DNA from: Candidatus Phycocordibacter aenigmaticus
GTDB taxonomy: Bacteria; Patescibacteriota; Minisyncoccia; Phycocordibacterales; Phycocordibacteraceae
Direction of reading: 5' to 3'
Assembly: GCA_045401115.1 (NCBI GenBank)
Contig: CP174359.1
Location: 483,247-547,246, forward strand
DNA: 64,000 nt
A model generated the notes under the pieces. The model searched no databases. It saw nothing but the letters and a program-made list of their open reading frames with translations, and was not told the DNA's origin. The number at the start of each line of letters is the position of its first letter. Within the stretch, counting starts at the first letter, position 1. Below are positions 26,029-34,587 of the stretch, piece by piece. Position numbers and translations under genes: made by a program.

Positions 26029-27885
26029 GCAGAAATACGACAAGCGTATCTGGATTATTTTAAAGATCGAGGACACGTAGTGGTGCCATCGGCAAAAATC
26101 GTACCGGAGAATGATCCTACGACACTTTTTACTGGAAGCGGTATGCAACCGATGCTCCCATATTTTCTCGGAGAACCTCATCCACAGGGAGTTCGTGTAG
26201 CCGATGTGCAAAAATGTTTTCGCGCCGGAGATATTGAAGAGGTAGGTGATAACCGCCACACCACTTTTTTTGAAATGCTTGGTAATTGGTCGTTTGGTGA
26301 CTATTTTAAGAAGGAACAGGTTCCCTGGGCTTTTACGTTCTTAACTGAGGTATTAAAACTTGATCCACGTCGTTTATATTTTACTTGTTATAAAGGCAAT
26401 GACGCACTTGGTATTCCTCGTGATACAGAAGCTGCAACCTTGTGGCAAAAATTGTACGAAGCATTAGACATTCCTGCAGGTATTGCTGAAAACCCCGAAG
26501 GTGACGGTATACGTGAAGGTGAACGTATTTTTTATTATGACGATACAAAAAACTGGTGGAGTCGTGTAGGAGAGCCTAAGAATATGCCGGAAGGTGAACC
26601 AGGCGGTCCGGACACTGAGATGTTCTTTGATTTTGGTGACCATGGACAGCATATGAATAGCCAGTGGCGAGACCTCCCATGTCACGTTAATTGTGACTGT
26701 GGGAGATTTGTAGAAATTGGTAACAACGTATTTATGGAATACGTTAAAACAAAAAATGGTTTTGAGAAATTACCAAAACCAAATGTTGATTTTGGTGCGG
26801 GTCTTGAGCGTATTACGATGGCAGTAAAAGATGTCGATGATATTTTTATGATCGACACGATGCAACTTCTGATTCGTGAACTTGCTGCAGTAAGCGGTAA
26901 GGATTACGGTGATCATGAGTACCAAAAATCATTTCGTGTAGTGGCCGACCATATCCGTGGAGCTACTTTTATGATTGCCGACGGAGTATTTCCCGGAAAC
27001 ACTGACCAAAGTTATGTACTTCGTCGTTTAATTCGTCGCAGTATTCGCCATCTCGATACACTTAGTGTGGACGCGGGTACGTTAACACTTCTTGCCGATA
27101 GAGTGGTTACTGCATATCGCGATCAGTATCCTGAACTTGATGCGAATCGTCTTAAGATTCAGGAAATTCTTCGTGAAGAAGAAATTAAATTTAGAAAAAC
27201 ACTCTCACAAGGTATTCGTGAGTTTGATAAATGGACTAAAGAAGGGGCATTGAGCGGTAAAGATGCGTTTATACTTTTTTCAACATACGGTTTTCCATTT
27301 GAGCTTACTCAAGAGTTGGCTGATGAACGCGGTATTGTAATTGATCAAGACGAATTTGAAAGAGAAATGGAACAACACCGTAAACAGTCACGTGCGGGCG
27401 CTGGACAAAAATTTAAAGGTGGACTTGCTGACTCAAGTGAAGCGACAACAAAATTACACACCGCAACACACTTGTTGCTTGCAGGACTAAGAAAAGAATT
27501 AGGAAATCATGTACATCAGGCAGGTTCAAATATTACCGCTGAGCGTACTCGCTTTGACTTTACTCATGATGAAAAGGTGACGCGAGAAACCCTTGATGCA
27601 GTTGAAGCATATGTGAATGAAGCAATACAAAAAGGGATTGAAGTGGTAGTTGAACAGATGGATAAAAATGAGGCTCAAAAGATGGGTGTTGAGGGGAGTT
27701 TTTGGGATCGATACCCTGATGTGGTGAATGTCTATAATATTATTACTCCTGATGGAGTGGTGTATTCTCGTGAGCTTTGTGGTGGTCCGCACGTACAAAA
27801 TACTCAAAATATGGGGACTTTTAAAATAATAAAAGAAGAAGCGAGTGCAGCTGGAGTGCGACGCATTAAAGCGGTACTTGAATAA
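26029..27885 (+). CDS. alaS: Alanyl-tRNA synthetase, compact form (catalytic, tRNA-recognition and editing domains; no C-Ala domain)
   Basis: N-terminus '[44 protein letters not shown]'. Editing-domain '[11 protein letters not shown]' (HxxxH) and 'CGGPHV'. Ends about 618 aa after the real start at 26029; the ORF-track start at 25915 is an upstream in-frame extension. Confidence 0.85.
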   Translation, partial: [618 protein letters not shown]

Positions 27886-27887
27886 GT

Positions 27888-29006
27888 ATGAAAAAAAATA
27901 ATCCACATAACACACTCATTATTGATATTGGAACCGCATCGCTTGCTGGAGCTGTGATAACGCCTCTAAAAGAAGGGGGAGTACATATGCGTTCGGTTCG
28001 TCGTATGACTATTGGTTCCGGTGATGCGCATACACGCGAAGCACTTCAAACACAGACACTAAGTTCTTTTAAGGATTTATTAAATCAATATCATACTGAA
28101 TCAGTAAAAAAAGTAGTCATTGTAGTGGCAGCACCATGGCATGAAGCGCATATACGCACATTACATTCATCAACAAAGAAGACCGCAACAATTACCGAAG
28201 AAACGCTGAAAAAGGCGGTGCGTCGCTATCAAAATGAAGTGCCACCAAAAGAGGGCTCGGTGGATGTTGAGGCAGTTGCCATGCAAGTTACCGTAAATGG
28301 GTATCCTACAAATTTAGAAAAATCAGTATTAGGAAACAATATTGCCATCAATCTTTATGAGAGTGAGATGCATAAAAAAACTCAACAAGATTTTATCGAT
28401 GCGGTGCATGCCACGATTCCTGATGTTCCGGTAGATTTTAATACATTTCCACTTGTTTCTTTGGTGGCGCTTCGTCTCCTCCTTGAGGATCAGACATTTA
28501 TCGTTGCTGATGTTGCAGGTGAAGCTACTGAGGTTTCCGTTATGCAAAATGATCAGTTGCAGTATTTCGCTTCGTTCCCAATTGGTGTTCGCACTATTGC
28601 ACGGGATATTGCGGGAAGTGACGGTGCAATAAACGATACTCTTTCTCGTTTGGCTCTTTTAGGTCGCGGGGAACTATCTTCTGAAGAAAATGAAAATATT
28701 ACTGAATCTTATGCTGATGCATTTACTCAATGGCGTGTTGCGTTTGACGAGGTGCTTCAGGCAGCGGCAGAACAAACACCAATACCCTATACACTCGTAT
28801 TACTTGCTGATAAAGAACCAATGAGTTGGTTTCAAAAAGGTTTTGCATTACAGAATACATTTAATCTACACATGCATCCGGTTGAGCCAAGTTTATTTCA
28901 ATCAAGTATTGAACTTGGTGATGAATCGCGATATGACATATTCCTCTCACTTATTGCATTATTTGTGCAGGCTGAAAAAACTGAATTAATTGGTGATACG
29001 TACTAG
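27888..29006 (+). CDS. Hypothetical actin-fold (ASKHA) ATPase-like protein, FtsA/PilM/ParM-like
   Basis: Phosphate-1-like 'LIIDIGTASLAGAV' near the N-terminus and phosphate-2-like 'FIVADVAGEATEVSV' about 200 aa later, the spacing seen in FtsA/PilM/MreB. No closer family match by eye. Confidence 0.35.
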   Translation: MKKNNPHNTLIIDIGTASLAGAVITPLKEGGVHMRSVRRMTIGSGDAHTREALQTQTLSSFKDLLNQYHTESVKKVVIVVAAPWHEAHIRTLHSSTKKTATITEETLKKAVRRYQNEVPPKEGSVDVEAVAMQVTVNGYPTNLEKSVLGNNIAINLYESEMHKKTQQDFIDAVHATIPDVPVDFNTFPLVSLVALRLLLEDQTFIVADVAGEATEVSVMQNDQLQYFASFPIGVRTIARDIAGSDGAINDTLSRLALLGRGELSSEENENITESYADAFTQWRVAFDEVLQAAAEQTPIPYTLVLLADKEPMSWFQKGFALQNTFNLHMHPVEPSLFQSSIELGDESRYDIFLSLIALFVQAEKTELIGDTY

Positions 29007-29092
29007 AAGTTCGTTGGTTTACATTTTATAAACATACACAGTTCACAGTATTCACTGTGAGGAATATAATTGAGAGGGTATACTAAAAGATA

Positions 29093-30373
29093 ATGACAAA
29101 CAAACGAAGTATCCAAGATATTATTCCACCCGCACGATCAAAACCGGTGCGTGCAAGCATAACAACTCATTCTAAAAAAGAATCCGAATCCGACAATACA
29201 GATATGAAAGATGTAAAACAACCACCAAAACTCAGAGCTAAAAATAAGCGACCTTCGTTCGGTATCTTCAGTGTGATTATTGTTATTTTATTGATAATTG
29301 GAATAGTTTTTGGTGTGGTAAGTACCGTTTTCCATCGGGCTAATGTCACAATCGCTCTTAAAACGTATTCAATTGCTGTTTCAGAGTCATTTACCGCAAC
29401 TCCTAATGACCTATTGTTCCCGTATACATCACGTACACTTTCTGAAGAGGGAGAAAAGATGGTGCCGCGTTCAGGGACTGAAGATGTTGAGAAACGAGCA
29501 ACAGGAACCATCACTATATTCAATAAATTTAGTTCCTCAAGCCAACGGTTAATTGCCAATACAAGGTTTGCTGCTCCAGATGGTCGCATCTACCGGATTC
29601 AAGATCCAGTAGTGGTTCCTGGATACACCACAAGTAATGGCGAGGTTACTCCCGGAACACTTGATGTTGTGGTGCGCGCTGAAGAGCCGGGAGAAGAATA
29701 CAATAAAAGTAATATAACGTTCACTATTCCTGGTCTTAAAGGTACTGACCAGTATGAAGATATGTATGCAGAAACCAAGACGGCACTCTCAGGAGGTTTT
29801 GTGGGTACCCAAGCAATTGTGTCACCTGAAGTACGAGATGCCGCAATCGCTGAACTCCGTTCTGAACTTGATCGGACACTCCGAGCTCGCTTTACTGAAG
29901 AGCTTGGTCCTGATGAATTGTTTTTCCCCGATACGATCGACGTTACTTTTATCGAACAACCAGATAGCACTGTGGACGACGGGGCGTTGGTGACATTACG
30001 CGCCGAAGCTACAGCGCCTATTTTCAATCAACACAACGTTGCGCAAGCTATTGCTGATACTGGAGGTGTGCGGTATGAAAACCCAATGCGGATAGAGAAT
30101 ATTAACGAATTAACTATCTTAGTAAAAGAAGAACCTGAAAGCGCAGCAATTGAACTCACTGTATCAGGAGACGTAGTTCTCGTTGGGGACTACAATAAAG
30201 AGCAATTATTGCAGGACCTTGCAGGGCAAGATCGTCGTAATATTGGCACAGTGCTCTCTGGCTATCCAGCTATTTCTGATATGACAATTTCAGTATATCC
30301 TTTCTGGCGTGGTATGCTGCCTCAGCAAGAGAAAAATCTAAAAATAGAGGTAGTCCCAGAAGAAGAACTGTAG
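29093..30373 (+). CDS. Hypothetical bitopic membrane protein (Lys-rich cytoplasmic N-terminus, one TM, about 330-aa extracytoplasmic domain)
   Basis: 'KRPSFGIFSVIIVILLIIGIVFGVV' is a single TM, followed by a large domain without recognisable motifs. Co-oriented with 27888-29006, 86-nt gap. Confidence 0.35.
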   Translation: MTNKRSIQDIIPPARSKPVRASITTHSKKESESDNTDMKDVKQPPKLRAKNKRPSFGIFSVIIVILLIIGIVFGVVSTVFHRANVTIALKTYSIAVSESFTATPNDLLFPYTSRTLSEEGEKMVPRSGTEDVEKRATGTITIFNKFSSSSQRLIANTRFAAPDGRIYRIQDPVVVPGYTTSNGEVTPGTLDVVVRAEEPGEEYNKSNITFTIPGLKGTDQYEDMYAETKTALSGGFVGTQAIVSPEVRDAAIAELRSELDRTLRARFTEELGPDELFFPDTIDVTFIEQPDSTVDDGALVTLRAEATAPIFNQHNVAQAIADTGGVRYENPMRIENINELTILVKEEPESAAIELTVSGDVVLVGDYNKEQLLQDLAGQDRRNIGTVLSGYPAISDMTISVYPFWRGMLPQQEKNLKIEVVPEEEL

Positions 30374-30422
30374 CAATAGAGTAGAAAGTCGCTTATCCAC
30401 GGGCTCTCTATAAAATACGGAC

Positions 30423-30451
30423 TTGACTCTTTAGTGCTTTTTTTGTTATTC
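30423..30451 (+). promoter_or_regulatory. Candidate promoter of the infA / ribosomal operon
   Basis: TTGACT at 30423-30428 with a weak -10-like TTATTC/TATTCT 17-18 nt downstream. Weak evidence. Confidence 0.2.
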
Positions 30452-30482
30452 TATCGAAGCCGTATAGCAATCCAAATAAACG

Positions 30483-30698
30483 ATGTCAGAAACGCAAGGA
30501 AAAGATGAAACTATGGGAACTGTCATTGAGGCGCTCCCCAACACACTTTTCCGCGTGCAGCTTGAGGATGGTAAAGAATTGCTTGCGTATCTGGCAGGGA
30601 AAATGCGTCTTCACCGGATTAAAGTTTTGGTCGGAGATCGTGTGACCCTTATTGAGGATCCATACGGAGGACGAGCGCGTATTACGCGTCGTCATTAA
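30483..30698 (+). CDS. infA: Translation initiation factor IF-1
   Basis: S1-like 'GTVIEALPNTLFRVQLEDGKELLAYLAGKMRLHRIKVLVGDRVTLIEDPYGGRARI'. Confidence 0.9.
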   Translation: MSETQGKDETMGTVIEALPNTLFRVQLEDGKELLAYLAGKMRLHRIKVLVGDRVTLIEDPYGGRARITRRH

Positions 30699-30704
30699 AA
30701 AAAT

Positions 30705-30821
30705 ATGAAAGTACAATCATCGGTAAAAAAACAGCAACCAGGCGATAAGTTAGTTCGTCGTAAGGGGCGTGTATACCGTATTAATAAATTAAATCCACGC
30801 CGAAAGGCGCGACAAGGCTAA
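30705..30821 (+). CDS. rpmJ: 50S ribosomal protein L36, cysteine-less (zinc-independent 'C-' type)
   Basis: Not in the ORF track (38 aa). Hand-translated as [38 protein letters not shown], aligning to the canonical [37 protein letters not shown] with all four Zn ligands (C11, C14, C27, H32) replaced. Its TAA overlaps the rpsM ATG (TAATG). Confidence 0.8.
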   Translation: MKVQSSVKKQQPGDKLVRRKGRVYRINKLNPRRKARQG

Positions 30822-31201
30822 TGCGTATTGCAGGTATTACCATTCCCGATGACAAGCATCTTTCCGTAGCACTTACGGCAGTGTACGGTATTGGTCAGAC
30901 ACGAGCGCGTAATGTACTCGGTGAAATTGGTATTGCTTTTGATAAAAAAGCAAAAGATCTCACTTCTGATGAAGAAAAAGAAATTCGTGATCGTATTGAA
31001 GCATTTACTATTGAAGGTGACCTCCGTAGAGATGTTGCCGGTAATATTAAACGTTTGAAAGATATTCAAGCATATCGCGGTACACGACATGCTCGATCAC
31101 TTCCGACACGCGGACAGCGGACGCAAACTAATTCTCGTACGGTGCGCGGTAATGTACGTAAAACAATGGCTTCAGGTCGACGTAAACTTGAAAAAACTTA
31201 A
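30821..31201 (+). CDS. rpsM: 30S ribosomal protein S13
   Basis: '[33 protein letters not shown]...AYRGTRHARSLPTRGQRTQTNSRT'. Confidence 0.95.
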   Translation: MRIAGITIPDDKHLSVALTAVYGIGQTRARNVLGEIGIAFDKKAKDLTSDEEKEIRDRIEAFTIEGDLRRDVAGNIKRLKDIQAYRGTRHARSLPTRGQRTQTNSRTVRGNVRKTMASGRRKLEKT

Positions 31202-31204
31202 TCT

Positions 31205-31639
31205 ATGGGTAAACGACGTGTATCAAAGATGTCAGGTGGAGGCGGCGATCGTGGACGACGCGAACGAGCACTTTCAAAACTTCCTAAAAAGAAGCTGGAC
31301 AAAGCAGTGGTGTATATTGATTCAACATTTAATAACACTCGTGTGTCACTGGCTGATCAAAAAGGCGGTATTGTCAGCTGGTCATCATCAGGTTCGATGG
31401 GTTTCTCAGGAACTCGTAAAGGGACACCATTTGCAGCTGCAAAAGTTGGTGAGTTGATTGGCGATAAGGCACTCACTATCGGTGTCAAAGAGGCAGAAGT
31501 ATTTGTTAAAGGCGTTGGTCCTGGTCGTGAATCAGCATTACGTTCATTTGCAGGAAAAGGCATACAAATTAATGCGATTCATGACCTTACTCCAGTGCCA
31601 CACAATGGTCCTCGTCCTCGTAAGCCACGCCGTGTATAA
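31205..31639 (+). CDS. rpsK: 30S ribosomal protein S11
   Basis: 'VVYIDSTFNNTRVSLADQKGGIVSWSSSGSMGFSGTRKGTPFAA...IHDLTPVPHNGPRPRKPRRV'. Confidence 0.95.
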   Translation: MGKRRVSKMSGGGGDRGRRERALSKLPKKKLDKAVVYIDSTFNNTRVSLADQKGGIVSWSSSGSMGFSGTRKGTPFAAAKVGELIGDKALTIGVKEAEVFVKGVGPGRESALRSFAGKGIQINAIHDLTPVPHNGPRPRKPRRV

Positions 31640-31661
31640 CCTGTAATAACGATAAGTATAT

Positions 31662-32267
31662 ATGAAATTAGGACCACGATATAAAATCTGTAAACGACTC
31701 GGAGCAAGCATTTTTGAAAAGTGCCAGACTCAAGCGTATCAGGTCTCAGAAGCACGAAGCATGAAAACTCGCCGTCGTCGGCGACCAGCGAGTGAGTATA
31801 AGCGTCAGCTTATTGAGAAACAAAAATTGCGTCTTACGTACGGTCTTACTGAAAAGCAATTCCGTTCATATGTAGAAATTGCTCTTAAAAATCATATCAA
31901 CCCTCACGAGACACTTTTCCAAGCACTTGAACATCGACTTGATAGTGTCATATATCGTATGGGTCTTGCTGGTACACGCCGTATGGCACGTCAATTGGTA
32001 AGTCATGGCCACATTACTATCAATGGTAAAAAGACAACCATCCCTTCTTATCAAGTAACCCTCACTGACGCTATTGCTATCCGAGAGGGGAGTCGTACTA
32101 GTACATTATTCGCAAATCTTAATGAGACACTTGCTGAATATACTGCTCCGCAATGGGTGTTATTTGACCCGAGTACATTTGAAGGAAAAATGAAAGAAAA
32201 ACCAGTTTTTGCAAATCAAGATACTGGTGTTGACCTTCAAGCCGTGTTCGAATATTACACACGTTAA
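31662..32267 (+). CDS. rpsD: 30S ribosomal protein S4
   Basis: 'MKLGPRYKICKRLG...' with the S4 RNA-binding domain 'RLDSVIYRMGLAGTRRMARQLVSHGHITINGKK'. Confidence 0.95.
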   Translation: MKLGPRYKICKRLGASIFEKCQTQAYQVSEARSMKTRRRRRPASEYKRQLIEKQKLRLTYGLTEKQFRSYVEIALKNHINPHETLFQALEHRLDSVIYRMGLAGTRRMARQLVSHGHITINGKKTTIPSYQVTLTDAIAIREGSRTSTLFANLNETLAEYTAPQWVLFDPSTFEGKMKEKPVFANQDTGVDLQAVFEYYTR

Positions 32268-32297
32268 TAATTACTTAAGAATAAACAAGATTGAGTT

Positions 32298-32978
32298 ATG
32301 GACTATTCTATTCAACTACCATCAAAGCCACGTATTGTCTCTGAAAAAGATAATTCTGGTGTTTACGAAATTGACGGCCTTTATCCCGGATATGGGCATA
32401 CACTAGGGAATTCCCTTCGCCGGATTATCCTTTCATCTATTCCTGGAGGCGCTATAACAACAGTCAAGATTGACGGCGTTCCTCATGAATTTTCAACTAT
32501 CACTGGTGTTAAAGAAGATGTTATTGCGTTAATTCTTAACCTTAAAAAGGTGCGTGTTTCCATTTCAGATGGAGAAGAATATACAATTTCATTGTCATCA
32601 AAAGGAGTTACAACGGTCACAGCGGGCGATCTTGTGTGTCCCGGGCAGGTTGAAATTCTTAATCCTGAACAGCACATCGCGGAACTTACTGATAAAAGTG
32701 CACAACTGACTGCTGAACTCACTGTTCGCAGTGGACTTGGTTATGTACCTAAGGAAGTGATTCAGAAAGACCGAGTTGATGTTGGTGTCATTGCGCTTGA
32801 CTCAGTCTTTACGCCTATTCGTCGGGTTACCTACGAAGTAGAAAATATGCGTGTTGGTGATCGAACTGATTTTAATCGACTTCGTGTGTCAATTGAAACT
32901 GACGGTACTCTTTCTCCACGTGAAGCGCTTGAGCGTTCGATTACGATTATGATTCAACAACTCAAGACTGCTGAGTAA
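32298..32978 (+). CDS. rpoA: DNA-directed RNA polymerase alpha subunit, N-terminal (dimerisation/assembly) domain only; no alpha-CTD
   Basis: 'PGYGHTLGNSLRRIILSSIPGGAITTVKIDGVPHEFSTITGVKEDV' is an alpha-NTD signature. The ORF ends at 226 aa, where the NTD normally ends, and rplQ follows 14 nt later, leaving no room for a linker or CTD. Confidence 0.85.
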   Translation: MDYSIQLPSKPRIVSEKDNSGVYEIDGLYPGYGHTLGNSLRRIILSSIPGGAITTVKIDGVPHEFSTITGVKEDVIALILNLKKVRVSISDGEEYTISLSSKGVTTVTAGDLVCPGQVEILNPEQHIAELTDKSAQLTAELTVRSGLGYVPKEVIQKDRVDVGVIALDSVFTPIRRVTYEVENMRVGDRTDFNRLRVSIETDGTLSPREALERSITIMIQQLKTAE

Positions 32979-32992
32979 ATTAAAAGTAAGGT

Positions 32993-33346
32993 ATGAAACA
33001 TCATAAAAGTAATCGTAGTTTTGGACGAAAACGTGATCAACGTATCGCGTTGGTGCGTTCGCTTGCCGAGAGTCTTATTTTGACTGAAAAGATGCTTACT
33101 ACTGAAGCACGAGCAAAAGAGGTGCGTCCATTCGTTGAAAAACTTATTACTAACGGTAAGAAAGAGACACTTGCAGCGCGTCGAGATATTCTTTCAAAAC
33201 TTGGTGGTCGTGAACGTGCGGCAAAAAAGGTTGTTGATGAACTCAGCCCACGTTTTAAAGAACGCGCAGGTGGATACACTCGTATTACAAAAGTTCATAC
33301 TAAAAGCTCTGACGGACGTTCGAGTGCTGTAATTGAGTTCGTATAA
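32993..33346 (+). CDS. rplQ: 50S ribosomal protein L17
   Basis: 'MKHHKSNRSFGRKRDQRIALVRSLAESLILTEKMLTTEARAKEVRPFVEKLIT'. Confidence 0.95.
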   Translation: MKHHKSNRSFGRKRDQRIALVRSLAESLILTEKMLTTEARAKEVRPFVEKLITNGKKETLAARRDILSKLGGRERAAKKVVDELSPRFKERAGGYTRITKVHTKSSDGRSSAVIEFV

Positions 33347-33365
33347 ACTTTACACACAGAAATTT

Positions 33366-33737
33366 ATGACTATGGATACAGAAAAAACACCACAAACACA
33401 TACGATTGACGCGGCTGGTAAAAAACTGGGGCGAGTCGCAAGTGAAGCAGCAAGCGTTCTTATGGAGAAGAATGTACCAAGCTTTGAAAAACACCGTAAA
33501 CTTGGTAATCGTGTTACTGTCTTAAATGCAGCACAACTCGATATCTCAACCAAACGAGCAAGCGAGGTGCGTTACAAGCGTGTATCAGGATATCCTGGTA
33601 ACCGTGTTGATGAAACTATTGACGATGTGCGCACTAAGCATGGTATTGGTGAAGTAGTGCGTCGCGCAGTAAAAGGTATGATTCCTCGCAATAAGCTTCG
33701 TCCTGATATGCTTAAACGTTTAGAAGTAACTGAATAA
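33366..33737 (+). CDS. rplM: 50S ribosomal protein L13
   Basis: 'IDAAGKKLGRVASEAASVLMEKN...RVTVLNAAQ...AVKGMIPRNKLRPDMLKRLEV'. Start adjusted to the ATG at 33366; the ORF-track start at 33333 overlaps rplQ. Confidence 0.9.
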   Translation: MTMDTEKTPQTHTIDAAGKKLGRVASEAASVLMEKNVPSFEKHRKLGNRVTVLNAAQLDISTKRASEVRYKRVSGYPGNRVDETIDDVRTKHGIGEVVRRAVKGMIPRNKLRPDMLKRLEVTE

Positions 33738-33748
33738 TTTAATAATCT

Positions 33749-34144
33749 ATGGCTACCACAGCAGAATATACAGAAGGTACTGGACGTCGGAAAACTGCAG
33801 CAGCACGTGTGCGTATTACTCCTGCATCAAAACGTTCAGTTGTAATAAATAATATTCCTCTTGAAGAATATTTTGATACTGAAGAACTCCGCACAACTGC
33901 TACGTCACCACTTGAAGAGGGTGAAGAGCTCTATACTGTTACTGCGGTAGTAAAAGGGGGTGGCGTTTCGGCACAAGCCGAAGCAGTACGACACGGTATT
34001 GCTCGTGCTATGACTGAACGCGATGCTGAACTACGTGGTGCACTGAAGAAGAAAGGCTTTCTAAAACGTGATCCTCGCGTTAAGGAACGTAAGAAGCCAG
34101 GTCTGAAGAAAGCGCGTAAGGCTGCACAGTGGTCAAAACGATAG
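33749..34144 (+). CDS. rpsI: 30S ribosomal protein S9
   Basis: '[14 protein letters not shown]...[20 protein letters not shown]...[26 protein letters not shown]'. Confidence 0.95.
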   Translation: MATTAEYTEGTGRRKTAAARVRITPASKRSVVINNIPLEEYFDTEELRTTATSPLEEGEELYTVTAVVKGGGVSAQAEAVRHGIARAMTERDAELRGALKKKGFLKRDPRVKERKKPGLKKARKAAQWSKR

Positions 34145-34170
34145 AGCGTCTTTCTATTTGTATTACTGTA

Positions 34171-34199
34171 AAACAACCCACATGTGTGGGTTGTTTTTA
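34171..34199 (+). terminator. Rho-independent terminator ending the ribosomal operon
   Basis: 'AAACAACCCACATGTGTGGGTTGTTTTTAT': stem CAACCCACA/TGTGGGTTG followed by a T-run. Confidence 0.75.
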
Positions 34200-34223
34200 T
34201 ATAAAAGGATCCTTTTAATGTGT

Positions 34224-34448
34224 TTACGTCACACTGACTTGTTCTCTTTTTGCCTGATGAATTCTTTTTGCGCCATTTTCGACTGCCTTGCCGCCTTGCC
34301 ACAATGCAAGCAATACCAACGCTCCAAACCCTGCTAATCCAGCTATTTGTACGATATCTTCAGCACGTTCAGCATAGAAGTCTGCACTCAAAGCAAAACT
34401 ATCTCCAAATGTTTCTTGCATACGCATGTAATGATGTTTAAGTACCAA
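34224..34448 (-). CDS. Small hypothetical membrane protein (74 aa)
   Basis: One TM 'IAGLAGFGALVLLALW'. It occupies an otherwise roughly 390-nt gap between the rpsI terminator and grpE, on the opposite strand. Confidence 0.3.
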   Translation of the reverse strand: MVLKHHYMRMQETFGDSFALSADFYAERAEDIVQIAGLAGFGALVLLALWQGGKAVENGAKRIHQAKREQVSVT

Positions 34449-34587
34449 TAAGGTTACTGATAAAAGTCGACCTTTAGACTAGAAGAACCCTCCAAATCTG
34501 TATAAGGTTACTTTTTATTTATTCTTAATAATTTTTTAATAAAAATATGATGTATAGTACTGTGGATAACTTGACTTTGTCCTTGTT

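Noticed and set aside
34450-34587. Searched upstream of grpE-dnaK-dnaJ for a CIRCE element (TTAGCACTC-N9-GAGTGCTAA) indicating HrcA control.
   Set aside because: No CIRCE-like inverted repeat is present. Only a TTGACT -35-like hexamer was seen, so no heat-shock operator is called.
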